This document shows positions 7,746 through 18,305 of a DNA stretch of 64,000 nucleotides, piece by piece. Under the pieces are notes generated by a model that made no database searches, was not told where the DNA came from, and worked only from the letters and a program-made list of their open reading frames with translations. The stretch is from IMG/VR virus record IMGVR_UViG_3300027573_000779, positions 62,001 through 126,000 of that record. One strand, written 5' to 3'. How positions within the stretch are numbered: the stretch's first letter is position 1; each line of letters opens with the position of its first letter. The position numbers and the translations under genes were made by a program.

Positions 7746-10361
7746 ATGCAAATAAATTCGATTGACGAATTCTTGAAAGAATTCGAACCTCTGGATTTTC
7801 CTAAACTTGGATATATTCGTTTACCTAAATTCGAACTTACAGAAGAGGATAAAAAAGAATATAGCCTTCAAAAAGATATTTCTTCAGAAGACCTATTACA
7901 CCATCTAGTAGAATATTTCTACAAACTTAAAAAAGAAAAAGGTTTAATTCCTCTTGATAAGGAGGACATTTATCGCGCCCGAATCAAGGAGGAAATGGAC
8001 ATTTTTAAAAAACTTTATTTTGTAGATTATATCCTGCTTATTTTCTCAATTCTTAAGTTTTGCCAAAACAAGAATATAATGAACTCTCCTTCTCGTGGTT
8101 CTTGTGGAGGTTCATTAGTTTTATATGTTATTGGGGTTACTTCTTTGGACCCTATTAAACATGGACTGCTTTTTGAGCGTTTCGTCTCTGCGGCTCGAAC
8201 TGAAATTAAGGAGCTTGATGGGAAACTTTATATTGCATCATCGTTTCTTCCTGATGTTGATATTGATTCAGACACCAGTTACAAACCATTAATCAATGAG
8301 TATTTAAACCAAAGGTTTGCGCACAAAACCTGCCGGATGCTGAATCTTAACCACATGAAAAGCAGACTTCTTATTAAAGAAGTTGGAAAAATTGTAGGCG
8401 GCAAAAGCGAAGTAGAAATGAATACTATTTCATCCCTAATTCCAACCTCTTTTGGAATACCAAAGGAGCTTAGTAAAGCTTATGAGGAAATAAAGGAGTT
8501 AAAGGAATGGTGTGATAAAAACAAAGAGAGCTATGAAATTGCGCTTGCTCTTCAGGAATTGATTAAAAACAAATCGGTTCACGCCTCTGGTATTTTTATA
8601 AGTGAAAACAGGCTTGATGAAACCTTACCTACTGAACTTACAAAAGATAAAGAAAAAGTCACTTCTTTTGACATGAAGTCTTGTGAAAAGCTAGGTATTA
8701 AGGTTGATAATTTAGGTCTTAAAAATCTTGCTGCTATTGCGCATTGTTTAAAATTGGTGGGTCAGGAACTTCATACAGTAGACGTAAATCACCCATCAGT
8801 TTATACTTATTTAAACAACAGCACGAATTATCATGGTGTTTTCCAATGTGAAGAAGGCAGCGGAAAAGACATTCTTTATAAAAGCAAACCAAAGAACATT
8901 GATGAAATTGCTGTCGCTATTGCTCTTAACCGGCCCGGATGTATCAAATTTGTAGACCGGTATATTGAGAACAAGCTTAGCGGAAATTATAAGATTGAGC
9001 CACGCGTTAAAGACATTCTTGAGCCGACTTTTGGGGTTATTATTTTTCAGGAACAAATTATAAAACTTTGTATTCGGATGGCTGGTTTTACTCCCCAACA
9101 AGCAGATGGGGTGCGCAAAGCGGTAGGCAAAAAAAACATGGATAAAGTTTTGGAATACAAACCTAAATTTATCGAGGGAGCTTTGAAAAATGAGTTTGCC
9201 AAAGAACTAACTGAAGAAATTTGGCAGGTTTTTGAAGATAGCGGCAACTATCTTTTTAACGCCAGTCATGCGGTTGGTTATGCTTATTTAACAGCTATAA
9301 CGGCCTATCTTAAAGCTAATTATCCAAAAGAATTCTTTTTATCTCTATTTATTCATTCTGAAAATGAACAATCTCAAATAGAAGAGATTTCAAAAATTTA
9401 CAGCGAGCTTAAAGATTTTAATATTAAACTTCTCCCGCCAAACCTATTGAAATCCCAAAGCAGTTTCAGTATCGAAAACGGAAATATAAGATTTGGTCTT
9501 TCGGCTATCAAGGGGAACGGGAAAGAAGCTGTTGAAAAGTTAAATGATTTCAGGAGCGTATATTCCAACAAGTTTGAGTTATTTCAAGCCGCCGAAGAAG
9601 CGGGCCTGTCTAAGGGGATTGTTTGTGCGTTAATCCAAGCTGGCGCTTTATCCGACTCTTTAGACCAAGGCAGAAGCTTGGTGGTTTTAGAAGCTCAACT
9701 TTGGAAGATTTTAAGTGACAGAGAAAAGAAAATAGCGATGCAGCTTGGTCAAAGTTATAATTTTGACCTTTGTTCTATCATCAAACAGATGAAGGTAATG
9801 ACCAATGAAAAAGGCAAACCTTTAATTAAAGAATCAAGGTATGAAACTATAAAAACCGACGCTGACCCATATTTTAAAATTTATAATAAAAACAAACGCA
9901 ACGAACAGTTCGCTAATTGGTTTTATGAAACCTCTCTTTTGGGTTATAGTTATTATAACAGCTTAAAGAATGTTTTTAAAGACCAGTTCCCAACTCTTCA
10001 AAGTATTGAGGAAGTTATAGCAGAAGCTCCCGAAAAGGATGTTTTCTTTACCGGTATTGTTCAGGAAACTGTTAATGCCGTTGCTAAAAACGAGAAAAAG
10101 ACCCGCTATTTTAAAGCTTCTATTAAAGACGAACATAACAAAATTGATGTTCTTTTATTTAACTTTTATATCGATAGATGTAAGGAAGAGAACCTGAAAC
10201 TCCCCGAAGAAGGAAACATCGTAATAGTCGAAGGAACCAAGAAAAAAGACGCTGTATTCGCTGACAAAATTATCATCCAAGATTATAAAATTTATATGAA
10301 GCTAAGTGATATTAAAAAAGACGAAGATAGTAAAAAAACACTTGAGAAAACACCCAATTAA
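7746..10361 (+). CDS. dnaE: DNA polymerase III alpha catalytic core (lacks PHP domain)
   Basis: SRGSCGGSLV, LLFERF, PDVDID, HASG, KVDNLGL, FQEQ, YLFNASHAVGY, IRFGLSAIKG, C-terminal OB fold. Confidence 0.95.
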   Translation: MQINSIDEFLKEFEPLDFPKLGYIRLPKFELTEEDKKEYSLQKDISSEDLLHHLVEYFYKLKKEKGLIPLDKEDIYRARIKEEMDIFKKLYFVDYILLIFSILKFCQNKNIMNSPSRGSCGGSLVLYVIGVTSLDPIKHGLLFERFVSAARTEIKELDGKLYIASSFLPDVDIDSDTSYKPLINEYLNQRFAHKTCRMLNLNHMKSRLLIKEVGKIVGGKSEVEMNTISSLIPTSFGIPKELSKAYEEIKELKEWCDKNKESYEIALALQELIKNKSVHASGIFISENRLDETLPTELTKDKEKVTSFDMKSCEKLGIKVDNLGLKNLAAIAHCLKLVGQELHTVDVNHPSVYTYLNNSTNYHGVFQCEEGSGKDILYKSKPKNIDEIAVAIALNRPGCIKFVDRYIENKLSGNYKIEPRVKDILEPTFGVIIFQEQIIKLCIRMAGFTPQQADGVRKAVGKKNMDKVLEYKPKFIEGALKNEFAKELTEEIWQVFEDSGNYLFNASHAVGYAYLTAITAYLKANYPKEFFLSLFIHSENEQSQIEEISKIYSELKDFNIKLLPPNLLKSQSSFSIENGNIRFGLSAIKGNGKEAVEKLNDFRSVYSNKFELFQAAEEAGLSKGIVCALIQAGALSDSLDQGRSLVVLEAQLWKILSDREKKIAMQLGQSYNFDLCSIIKQMKVMTNEKGKPLIKESRYETIKTDADPYFKIYNKNKRNEQFANWFYETSLLGYSYYNSLKNVFKDQFPTLQSIEEVIAEAPEKDVFFTGIVQETVNAVAKNEKKTRYFKASIKDEHNKIDVLLFNFYIDRCKEENLKLPEEGNIVIVEGTKKKDAVFADKIIIQDYKIYMKLSDIKKDEDSKKTLEKTPN

Positions 10362-10370
10362 AATTACAAT
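10342..10370 (+). promoter_or_regulatory. Candidate sigma-70-type promoter
   Basis: TTGAGA-N17-TACAAT, 11 nt before ATG 10382. Confidence 0.55.
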
Positions 10371-10381
10371 ATTAATAACTT

Positions 10382-10951
10382 ATGTTACAATTCTTTAAGC
10401 CCACTTCTCGCAATTCAGGGTCAGCCTGTTCTTTTTCAAACGATACCGAAAGAGAAGGATTTTATCTCTCAATGGTAAAACAAGCCTCATGGGATGCCGA
10501 AACCAAAAGAGGGAAGTTCTTTTCAAACAAGAAGAATCCCGAAGCCTCGGTTTCAGCTAAACTAAGCCTTACTGAGGTTGGTGGATTTTTAAATGTTTTA
10601 GAGAAAAACAAAAAGCTTCATTCTGTTCATAGCACTGATAAGCAAACCGTTATTATCGATTTCAGTCCTTACTTGAAGGAAAACGTGCAGATAGGTTTTA
10701 GTCTCTCTGTCAACAAAACAGCAGGCGAACAAAAAACATCCTTTCTTATTGGGTTCAACTTGGATGAAGGAAGAGTTATTAGGGAATACTGCGTAGCTTT
10801 TCTCCAACGTCAGTTTGCCGTTTTGGACGCTGTTGACACTGCTTATAGGGCTAAAGGTCAGGAGTGGAAGAAGAACAACCCTCCCGCTCAAACAGAACCA
10901 GTAGCACCCGTAGTTCCTCAGGAAGATGAATCTAATTTAGACAACGTGTAA
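10382..10951 (+). CDS. Hypothetical protein, possibly ssDNA-binding
   Basis: Beta-rich body with a Pro-rich, acidic C-terminal tail (PQEDESNLDNV), next to the polymerase. Function is inferred. Confidence 0.4.
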   Translation: MLQFFKPTSRNSGSACSFSNDTEREGFYLSMVKQASWDAETKRGKFFSNKKNPEASVSAKLSLTEVGGFLNVLEKNKKLHSVHSTDKQTVIIDFSPYLKENVQIGFSLSVNKTAGEQKTSFLIGFNLDEGRVIREYCVAFLQRQFAVLDAVDTAYRAKGQEWKKNNPPAQTEPVAPVVPQEDESNLDNV

Positions 10952-12921
10952 TGGAAAAGATTAAGGTTTTAATCCATACAGATTTTACCTTGGCCTTTAC
11001 TGGCTTTGGTAAGTTTATTAAGGGCCTGCTGAAGTATCTTCATGCTACGGGCAAGTATGAAGTTGTTCATTATTGTATGAACATGCAGCAAAACAACATT
11101 GACTTGAAAAGAACTCCATGGAAGTCAATTGGTTGTTTGCCTGATAATCAGCAGGAACTTAATAATATTTTAGCTCAGTTTCGGCCTGAAGAACGAGACC
11201 CTAAATTCAGGGAAATGTGTTATGGCTCATATTTCTTAGACAAAGTTATTTCTGAGGAAAAACCTGATATCTATTTTGGTATTCAAGATATTTGGGGGGT
11301 CCAATTCGCCGTTGGGCGCAAGTGGTTTAAAGACTTAACATCTGTAATTTGGACAACTCTTGATTCACTCCCGCTTTTGCCTGTTGCAGTTGAAAACGCT
11401 CCCTTGATTAAAAACTATTGGATGTGGAGTGATTTTGCAACCAAGGAAATGCACAGGTTGGGACACAAACATGTTCAAACCATGCACGGCTGTTTTGAGA
11501 CCAGACACTTTTTTAGATTGCCAGATGAACATCGAAAAAAGTTGCGCCAGTTTCATCAAATTCCCGAAAGCGCTTTTATTATAGGATTTGTATTTAGAAA
11601 CCAACTTCGAAAGTCGGTTCCAAATTTACTTGAAGGTTACCAGTTATTTAAAAAGCAAAATCCTAACGTTAATAGTCGCCTTCTTCTTCATACTTTCTTT
11701 GGTGAAGGTTGGAACATTCATAAACTAGCTGACGAATATGGAGTTTCCAAGGATGAAATCTTAACTACTTATATTTGTAGAGCTTGTAAGAATTATGAAG
11801 TTAAGCCTTTTACAGGACATGATTTGAATTGCCGTTTTTGCGGTGCTGAAAAGTCACAAATTACAACTAATGTAGGAGAAGGAATTTCTGAAGAACAACT
11901 TAATCATGTTTACAACTTAATGGATGTTTATTGTCATCCGTTTACCAGTGGAGGACAAGAACTTCCTATCCAAGAAGCCAAACTTACTGAACTAATTACT
12001 TTGGTGACTAATTATAGTTGTGGGGAAGAGAGTTGTTATCCCGAAGCAAAATCTCTTCCCTTGGAATGGACAGAATATAGAGAGCACGGAACAGAATTCC
12101 GTAAAGCATCAACTACCCCGGCATCAATTGCAAAACAACTAACTCATGTTCTAAAAATGAGCAAAAAAGATGTTAATGCTTGGGGCGTTCAGGCACGTAA
12201 ATGGACTCTTCAGAACTTTTCCGTTGAAGCTATTGGGCGCAAAGTTGAACAATTTATTGATGCTGTTCCACGCATTAAAAATCAGAATGTTTTTGACCTG
12301 TCTAAAAATCCAAAAGCTATTGTTCCTTATATTGCTGATAATAAAGAGTGGGTTAAAACGCTTTATTCTGAAATTCTAAAAACCCAAGTTTTAGATTCAG
12401 ATTCGGGACTTAATTATTGGTTAAATGAACTTAACGTTAACAAAAAACCAAGAGAACCAATTGAGGGTTATTTCAGGCAGGTTGCCGAACAGGAAAACCT
12501 AAAGACTAAGGGTTTCGACCTTGAAACTTGGCTGGACCCCGAAGACAAAGGTAAAAGGGTTCTACTAACTATTCCAGAAAGTATTGGGGATGTGTTCCTT
12601 TGTACTTCGCTTTTTGAATCTATTAAGGAAGCTTATCCAGAATATTCATTGTATGTGGCGACCAAACAAGAGCACTTTCCTATCCTAGACTGTAATCCCT
12701 ACATAAAGAAATGTTTGCCTTATATCCCTCAAATGGATTCACAGGTTTGGTTGGAAGGTATGTGGGAAAGCAAAGGGTTTTTTGAAGTGGCATATTTGCC
12801 TTTCATTGGAACTCAAAGATTTTTAGATTATCTTTGGAACGGTAATAGTCGCATACAATACGATATTAGAACTAGACATATAAAGTGGACCAGTAGCGAC
12901 CCCGTTGAAAGGAAGACATAG
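10951..12921 (+). CDS. Multidomain glycosyltransferase (GT4-like, Zn ribbon, DUF4214-like, GT9 N-terminal half)
   Basis: TGFG, RNQLRK, HPFTSGGQELPIQEA (GT-B/GT4); CRAC...CRFC insert; LYSEIL...GLNYW; SIGDVFL...ILDCNPYI. Confidence 0.8.
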   Translation: MEKIKVLIHTDFTLAFTGFGKFIKGLLKYLHATGKYEVVHYCMNMQQNNIDLKRTPWKSIGCLPDNQQELNNILAQFRPEERDPKFREMCYGSYFLDKVISEEKPDIYFGIQDIWGVQFAVGRKWFKDLTSVIWTTLDSLPLLPVAVENAPLIKNYWMWSDFATKEMHRLGHKHVQTMHGCFETRHFFRLPDEHRKKLRQFHQIPESAFIIGFVFRNQLRKSVPNLLEGYQLFKKQNPNVNSRLLLHTFFGEGWNIHKLADEYGVSKDEILTTYICRACKNYEVKPFTGHDLNCRFCGAEKSQITTNVGEGISEEQLNHVYNLMDVYCHPFTSGGQELPIQEAKLTELITLVTNYSCGEESCYPEAKSLPLEWTEYREHGTEFRKASTTPASIAKQLTHVLKMSKKDVNAWGVQARKWTLQNFSVEAIGRKVEQFIDAVPRIKNQNVFDLSKNPKAIVPYIADNKEWVKTLYSEILKTQVLDSDSGLNYWLNELNVNKKPREPIEGYFRQVAEQENLKTKGFDLETWLDPEDKGKRVLLTIPESIGDVFLCTSLFESIKEAYPEYSLYVATKQEHFPILDCNPYIKKCLPYIPQMDSQVWLEGMWESKGFFEVAYLPFIGTQRFLDYLWNGNSRIQYDIRTRHIKWTSSDPVERKT

Positions 12922-14096
12922 TGAATTTAATCGAGCGATACGCATTATCTTGTGGAGTTAAAATTGGAGAACCTTACATCTTCGAAAAGTTTTTCCCTTT
13001 ATCTATTGACAAGTATATAACTTTACATACAACCAGCAAAGAGGCCAAAAACTATGACTATTTTCAAGAAGTAGTTGATATTCTTTTCCCGATTTTAGAT
13101 AAGGAGAAAATTGGAATTATTCAACTTGGCACTCCCGAAGACAAGCCTATTTTTGGCGCTTATCGCCTCTGTGGTCAAACCGACATCAACCAAGCCGCAT
13201 ATGTTGTGAAACACGGTTTACTCCATATGGGTGTTGATAGCTTTCCTGTTCATATTGCTGGTCACTATAATAAACCCATTGTTGCCCTTTATTCAACAAA
13301 TTGGGCCGCTAACGTTTGTCCTTATTGGGGTGAAAAAGAAAAACAGACGCTTTTTGAGCCAGACCGAAGCAAACGAAAGCCTTCATTTTCAAACGTTGAA
13401 AGACCAAAGACAATCAACGAAATAAAACCCGAAGATATTGCGGAAGCAGTTTGTAAACATTTAAATCTTCCGTTTGATTATCCTTATAAGACTGTTTATG
13501 CTGGCGAAGGATTCGGAACGGCGAACGTTGAATGTATTTTGAATCAAGTAATAAATCCCGCCCAGTTTAATCTTTCCAATATAATTGTCAGGCTGGATTT
13601 GGAATTTAATCAAGAACCCCTTCCCGCCCAATTGTCACAAAGTCAATGTGTTTTGGTTACCAAACAACCTATTGAGCCGGGAATTCTTCAAACTTTTAAA
13701 CCTAATATTTTGGAAATAAACTATGAAATTACCAAACATGGTTCGCCAGACTTTATAAAGTTTGTAAGACAGTTGGGTATTAAGTATAATTTGTTTTCTT
13801 ATTTGGATGAAGAAGAACTTAATAAACAAAAAAGTTACTTCATGGATTTTGGAGTCATTTTTAAGCAAGATGTAGGTCGCCCGAAAGAGCTTGACAAAAT
13901 TCCCACATCTGAGTTATTCTATAAATCAACGAAGTTCACCCTGAGCAAGGGCAAGATTTATCCAAGCTATTATGCAGTTTTAAATGATTTACCCATAGAA
14001 GGAATTGGAAACCATGTGGCCACAATTCCAAACGAGAACCATTTAAACGAGCTTTGGAAAGAAAGCAGGCATTTGAGATTTTTTGTTAAGAAATAA
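12921..14096 (+). CDS. GT9 (heptosyltransferase-like) C-terminal-domain protein
   Basis: IIQLG, LCGQTDINQAAYVV, GVDSFPVHIA, PIVALY. Confidence 0.75.
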   Translation: MNLIERYALSCGVKIGEPYIFEKFFPLSIDKYITLHTTSKEAKNYDYFQEVVDILFPILDKEKIGIIQLGTPEDKPIFGAYRLCGQTDINQAAYVVKHGLLHMGVDSFPVHIAGHYNKPIVALYSTNWAANVCPYWGEKEKQTLFEPDRSKRKPSFSNVERPKTINEIKPEDIAEAVCKHLNLPFDYPYKTVYAGEGFGTANVECILNQVINPAQFNLSNIIVRLDLEFNQEPLPAQLSQSQCVLVTKQPIEPGILQTFKPNILEINYEITKHGSPDFIKFVRQLGIKYNLFSYLDEEELNKQKSYFMDFGVIFKQDVGRPKELDKIPTSELFYKSTKFTLSKGKIYPSYYAVLNDLPIEGIGNHVATIPNENHLNELWKESRHLRFFVKK

Positions 14097-14098
14097 TT

Positions 14099-14821
14099 AT
14101 GTATTATCCTCCTCCATTTTTAAGAAAAAGAAATGATTTAGGCTTGATTGACGATGGTTCTGTAATCTATGTTTATAAACCAGATGGAACTATTGATTGG
14201 CGCAGAATGGTTAAGCCTGAACATTTGGTTCCAAACAAAAGACTGACAGAAGAAAAGGATATCACTAAGCTAAGTGATGACAAGTTATTGATTGTTTTGG
14301 CAGGAATTAGGGATTTAGCGGCAGTTCGTGGTTATTGCGGCTTTCGTTTTATTTGTAATACAGCAACCGACATATTTGTTTCTGTTATTTGTGAAATAAT
14401 TTGGATAGGTAACTATGAACAGGGGGTTGTTCGTAGTTTTGAGGCTTATTCAAATATAGAAACCTCTGCAATGGCCGACGCTACACCCGAAAATACAGAA
14501 GGGTTTGGCATGAAATATTTGACGGCAACTGCGGAAAACCGCGCCTTTGTTCGTTGTGTGAGAAACTTCCTTAATATTGGTGTGGTTGGAGAGGAAGAAG
14601 TTTCAAGCGTTGTTAGCCCAACTCCTATTAGCAACAACCCATCGGCTTTTATTGTGCTTCAAGAACTGATGACTAAAAAGAAACTTTCTTTTTTTGATAT
14701 TAAAGCAAAGCTTGTAGAAGACAAATATCCAGAAGTTGATAAGGTTGAGAAACTTGAAGACATTTCTCAAGTAAAAGTTTTTGAGTTGATTAAGAAAATT
14801 CAAGAAGCTAAAAAGCACTAA
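14099..14821 (+). CDS. Hypothetical protein, possible Rad52-like single-strand annealing fold
   Basis: AMADA...TAENRAFVRCVRNFLNIG resembles the AxxRAxxRA helix of annealing proteins. Confidence 0.4.
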   Translation: MYYPPPFLRKRNDLGLIDDGSVIYVYKPDGTIDWRRMVKPEHLVPNKRLTEEKDITKLSDDKLLIVLAGIRDLAAVRGYCGFRFICNTATDIFVSVICEIIWIGNYEQGVVRSFEAYSNIETSAMADATPENTEGFGMKYLTATAENRAFVRCVRNFLNIGVVGEEEVSSVVSPTPISNNPSAFIVLQELMTKKKLSFFDIKAKLVEDKYPEVDKVEKLEDISQVKVFELIKKIQEAKKH

Positions 14822-17800
14822 CCATAACTAATGGAAGATGCATATTCGAATTATTTTTAACAACAATTTTAGCAATTTTTCTATCTTCGTTTAGAAAATA
14901 ACAAACGCCTTCCAGATAGTTAAATTTGGCTCGCTGAATGTAATTGTGCATGTCATTTTGATAAAAAATAAAATTTGACATGAGACCGAATCCTTGATAG
15001 GACCAGTTGCCGCGATTTACTAAATCAACCGTCATATCAGTGCCAACTTGAGTATAAATGCTACCGCTAACGCTGAAAGCTTGCACTGTAACACTGATAC
15101 TTGAGTTGGTATTTTTATAAATTTTAATTCTGTCTTTGTCATTACTATAGGTTCCAAGCTTCATTTCTCCAACTTTAGCTTGATTGCTGGTTCCTTCTCC
15201 TTCACTGAAACGAGTTGTATGATAACCGTCTTGACACAAAATACAAATTACATTAACATGTTCGTTTCCGTTTAGTCTAGCTGACCATTGACCACTAGTG
15301 GCTCTCATTACATAATAAGGTGTTTTTACGTCATAATTTAGGGCGCTATATTCAGGATATTCTGTTCCGCCATAAACAGCATTTACTGTGCTTAAAGTAT
15401 ACCATGGCTGATTTTGCGCATTATGAATGACTTTATTAGGATTATTATAATGAAAAAACCTTCTCCATTTATTGTTCCTAATATAAACTTTTTCTTCACC
15501 CCCCACCAAAGAAAATTGAACATACATAATATTTGATGGCAAGTATTGCAAGAAAGTCCCATCAACAATGTTTCTTCTGGTTCCATTAACGACAACCGAT
15601 GAATTAAAAACTGTTTTCCCTCCCGGCGTTTCCTGCATTCCTAATTGATTAGTATTATAGGGTGTCCAAATATAAACCTGTTCATCGTTTGTGTCTGCAC
15701 CAGTAACAAGAGTTTCGACTCCCAAACATTCTTCTATAACCGAATTAGCATTAGCAAATCGATTGTTTGGTACTATCATTGGGACCTCAAGCCCCATTCC
15801 TTCAGTTAGGTTTCCAAGGCTGTCTCTGCTTACAGTATTCCGAATGCCTATGTAACCAGTCATGTAGTTAGAAAACCACTCTTCGTTTGTATAAGAATTG
15901 TTATAAACAAAAGTTGATGATTCTATTCTGTTTCCATAAGGGGGAGCATGATTTAAATTAGAATTAGTTATAGTGGTTGTACCCGTGACCTCTTTCTCAA
16001 TATAATAACAATTATGATTTGAAGCCATAAAAGCCAGTTGGTAAGGATTATTGTGAAGTTGGTCTGCTACTTCATTTACAATATTTCTTCCTCCTGATAA
16101 TGGCAGTTTGTTTAAATTAATTAATATACTATTTTCATCAATACCAGACGTTAAAAAAGAACTGCTTCTAGTAAATTTAAATTTGTGTCGGACACCATTT
16201 AAATGCGACCAGTATCCACTTAGAGTAAACAATTCTGTATCTGGCAACGCGAAATTCCCAAGATTTTGCCCTCTAATACTTAAATTCCCAGTTAAAAAAG
16301 CATAAAACCTAAAGGCGTTGTCTGTAAATGGAGTTTTATACGAAGTTACTTCTGGCGGCAATGTGTCATAAACGACAATATTGTCGGGATTAGGGAAAAA
16401 GCCGCCATCTTGACGTTTGATATAAACAGGACCGCTAAAAGACCCCTCTGTTGGAGTATAGCCCTCAAACTTCATGGAAGAATTCCAGTCTTCAGTTCCT
16501 ATAAGTTTAGTTCTTGTGGTTTGTACTGGGAGTCCGTTCATCGTAATCCAAAAATAAACAGTGCTCCCATCAATGGTGCTGTCTAGAATTGAAGGATTAA
16601 GATTATGAGCATATCCATAAAAATATTCATTATTAGCAAACCGCGCATTAACAGTATTACTTGAATTATAAATGCCGCTTGTGATTAGCGCTATTGGGTC
16701 AAAAAAGTTTGCTGTATATTCTGTTTTTGCAGTCCCGGCATCTGTATGATAGTCAATTTTAACTAATTCAGTAGTAATTTCTGGAGGAATAGTTACTCTA
16801 ATTCCGGTTGAACTAGTGGTTCCAAGTCCGCCAGTTCTCCAACTTAAGTTGCTATTATCATAAAAACTAACTGTGTCAACATTATAAATATTTGAGCCTC
16901 TGATTGTTCCAGTATTGTTTAAAGGAATTCCGAAGTCGGGAACAATATCTGTTATAGTACTTAAAGGACTAAATTTTGTTGCTGAAATGCCGGTTTTATT
17001 TCGTTTTTCTGAAACAACGGTAATATAATCAGCTACAAAACTGCTTCCATAATTCGGCACTTGAGCTACAATTTCCTGCGAAGAATTAACATACATCTTG
17101 TTACAAACTCCAGTGCCTACCAAAACTTTTGAAATTTGAGAAAATCCGTTTCCTTCAATAGTTATATAATCACCCTGTCTTCCTTCGGTTGGAGTAAAGG
17201 AGCTAACAGTAATATTTAAAGTTGTAAAAGTAAAATTTGTTGCACTAATAGCCTGTTTCTGAACTGTAGGAATTGCTAGGGTGATAGGACCAGTAGTAGA
17301 AGTTAATGGAACATAAAATCTTACTAATGTTTCAGTGACTAAAAATGGCTTAACCCATTCTCCGTTGCCCACCTTAGCAAGCTCAATATAACGAAGATTA
17401 GTACCCACTACATCAACCAAGGTTCCAGCGCCCCCGGCTGAAGGACTAAAACTAGTAATAGTGGGATTGGCATCTACCATACTTTGGGTTGCCATAACCA
17501 CTTCCGAAACCTGAGTCACCGCTATCGTTTCAGTAATGATACCTCCTTCTGCAACACTTATTTCTTTGGAAGTAGCCAAACCTGAACCAATAAAAAACTC
17601 TTTTGTAACATTGTTTTGGTTGTTACACAAAATTTTCACTGCTGTTAAATAACCCGTTGGAGCTAATTTGTTTGTTACTCTAAAGGTTGTAAATTGTGAG
17701 CTTATTTGTCTTTGCCCCCTGACTATTCTGCTAGGAACAATTAAACCCCCTTGGACTAAAGGTTGAATGAAGTATTCTGGCGCTATATCAGCTTGAAAAT

Positions 17801-18302
17801 TCCAAGAAACATTACTAAACTTATACCAATTTGTAGATTCAGTAATTAAACTCTGAAAGCCTACGTCATTAGCGTGTAAAACCCCAGATGTATTAAAAGC
17901 AGGAGTGGCTGCAACCGGAACCGGATTTATAGCTCCCCCCAATTCCTCAAAAAAAGAGATTTCACAATTTGCTTGAATTGGAGCAGTTGGTTTAATGTTT
18001 AAACTATATGAAGTTAAATAACCACTATTAAACGTAAGACCTGCAAAGTTACCTGCAAAAGACCTGTTTTCGTCCCGAATGATATATTCAGTCATAATAT
18101 CACTCCCGGTGAGCCAATATGAAAGACGAAGTTTTCCTACGATACCGTTTGTAAAACTGAAATCATTATTAATAGTTGTGTCTAATAAATATTTAGGAAT
18201 AAGTTCGGCGCTAACTGACAAATCGGCGTTTGTGGCCACCACCAACCTGTTATTTAAATAAACTGGCAAATTCTGAAATGTATGATATAAATTGTTAGCC
18301 AT
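14808..18302 (-). CDS. Virion protein: tail-tube-like N-terminus plus IPT/TIG (Ig-like) repeats
   Basis: PTITSFSPSAGGAGTLVDVVGTN, VSSFTPTEGRQGDYITIEGNGF and TITDIVPDFG repeats; N-terminal GYLTSYSL motif shared with the tail tube gene. Confidence 0.7.
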   Translation of the reverse strand: MANNLYHTFQNLPVYLNNRLVVATNADLSVSAELIPKYLLDTTINNDFSFTNGIVGKLRLSYWLTGSDIMTEYIIRDENRSFAGNFAGLTFNSGYLTSYSLNIKPTAPIQANCEISFFEELGGAINPVPVAATPAFNTSGVLHANDVGFQSLITESTNWYKFSNVSWNFQADIAPEYFIQPLVQGGLIVPSRIVRGQRQISSQFTTFRVTNKLAPTGYLTAVKILCNNQNNVTKEFFIGSGLATSKEISVAEGGIITETIAVTQVSEVVMATQSMVDANPTITSFSPSAGGAGTLVDVVGTNLRYIELAKVGNGEWVKPFLVTETLVRFYVPLTSTTGPITLAIPTVQKQAISATNFTFTTLNITVSSFTPTEGRQGDYITIEGNGFSQISKVLVGTGVCNKMYVNSSQEIVAQVPNYGSSFVADYITVVSEKRNKTGISATKFSPLSTITDIVPDFGIPLNNTGTIRGSNIYNVDTVSFYDNSNLSWRTGGLGTTSSTGIRVTIPPEITTELVKIDYHTDAGTAKTEYTANFFDPIALITSGIYNSSNTVNARFANNEYFYGYAHNLNPSILDSTIDGSTVYFWITMNGLPVQTTRTKLIGTEDWNSSMKFEGYTPTEGSFSGPVYIKRQDGGFFPNPDNIVVYDTLPPEVTSYKTPFTDNAFRFYAFLTGNLSIRGQNLGNFALPDTELFTLSGYWSHLNGVRHKFKFTRSSSFLTSGIDENSILINLNKLPLSGGRNIVNEVADQLHNNPYQLAFMASNHNCYYIEKEVTGTTTITNSNLNHAPPYGNRIESSTFVYNNSYTNEEWFSNYMTGYIGIRNTVSRDSLGNLTEGMGLEVPMIVPNNRFANANSVIEECLGVETLVTGADTNDEQVYIWTPYNTNQLGMQETPGGKTVFNSSVVVNGTRRNIVDGTFLQYLPSNIMYVQFSLVGGEEKVYIRNNKWRRFFHYNNPNKVIHNAQNQPWYTLSTVNAVYGGTEYPEYSALNYDVKTPYYVMRATSGQWSARLNGNEHVNVICILCQDGYHTTRFSEGEGTSNQAKVGEMKLGTYSNDKDRIKIYKNTNSSISVTVQAFSVSGSIYTQVGTDMTVDLVNRGNWSYQGFGLMSNFIFYQNDMHNYIQRAKFNYLEGVCYFLNEDRKIAKIVVKNNSNMHLPLVMVSAF

Positions 18303-18305
18303 ATT

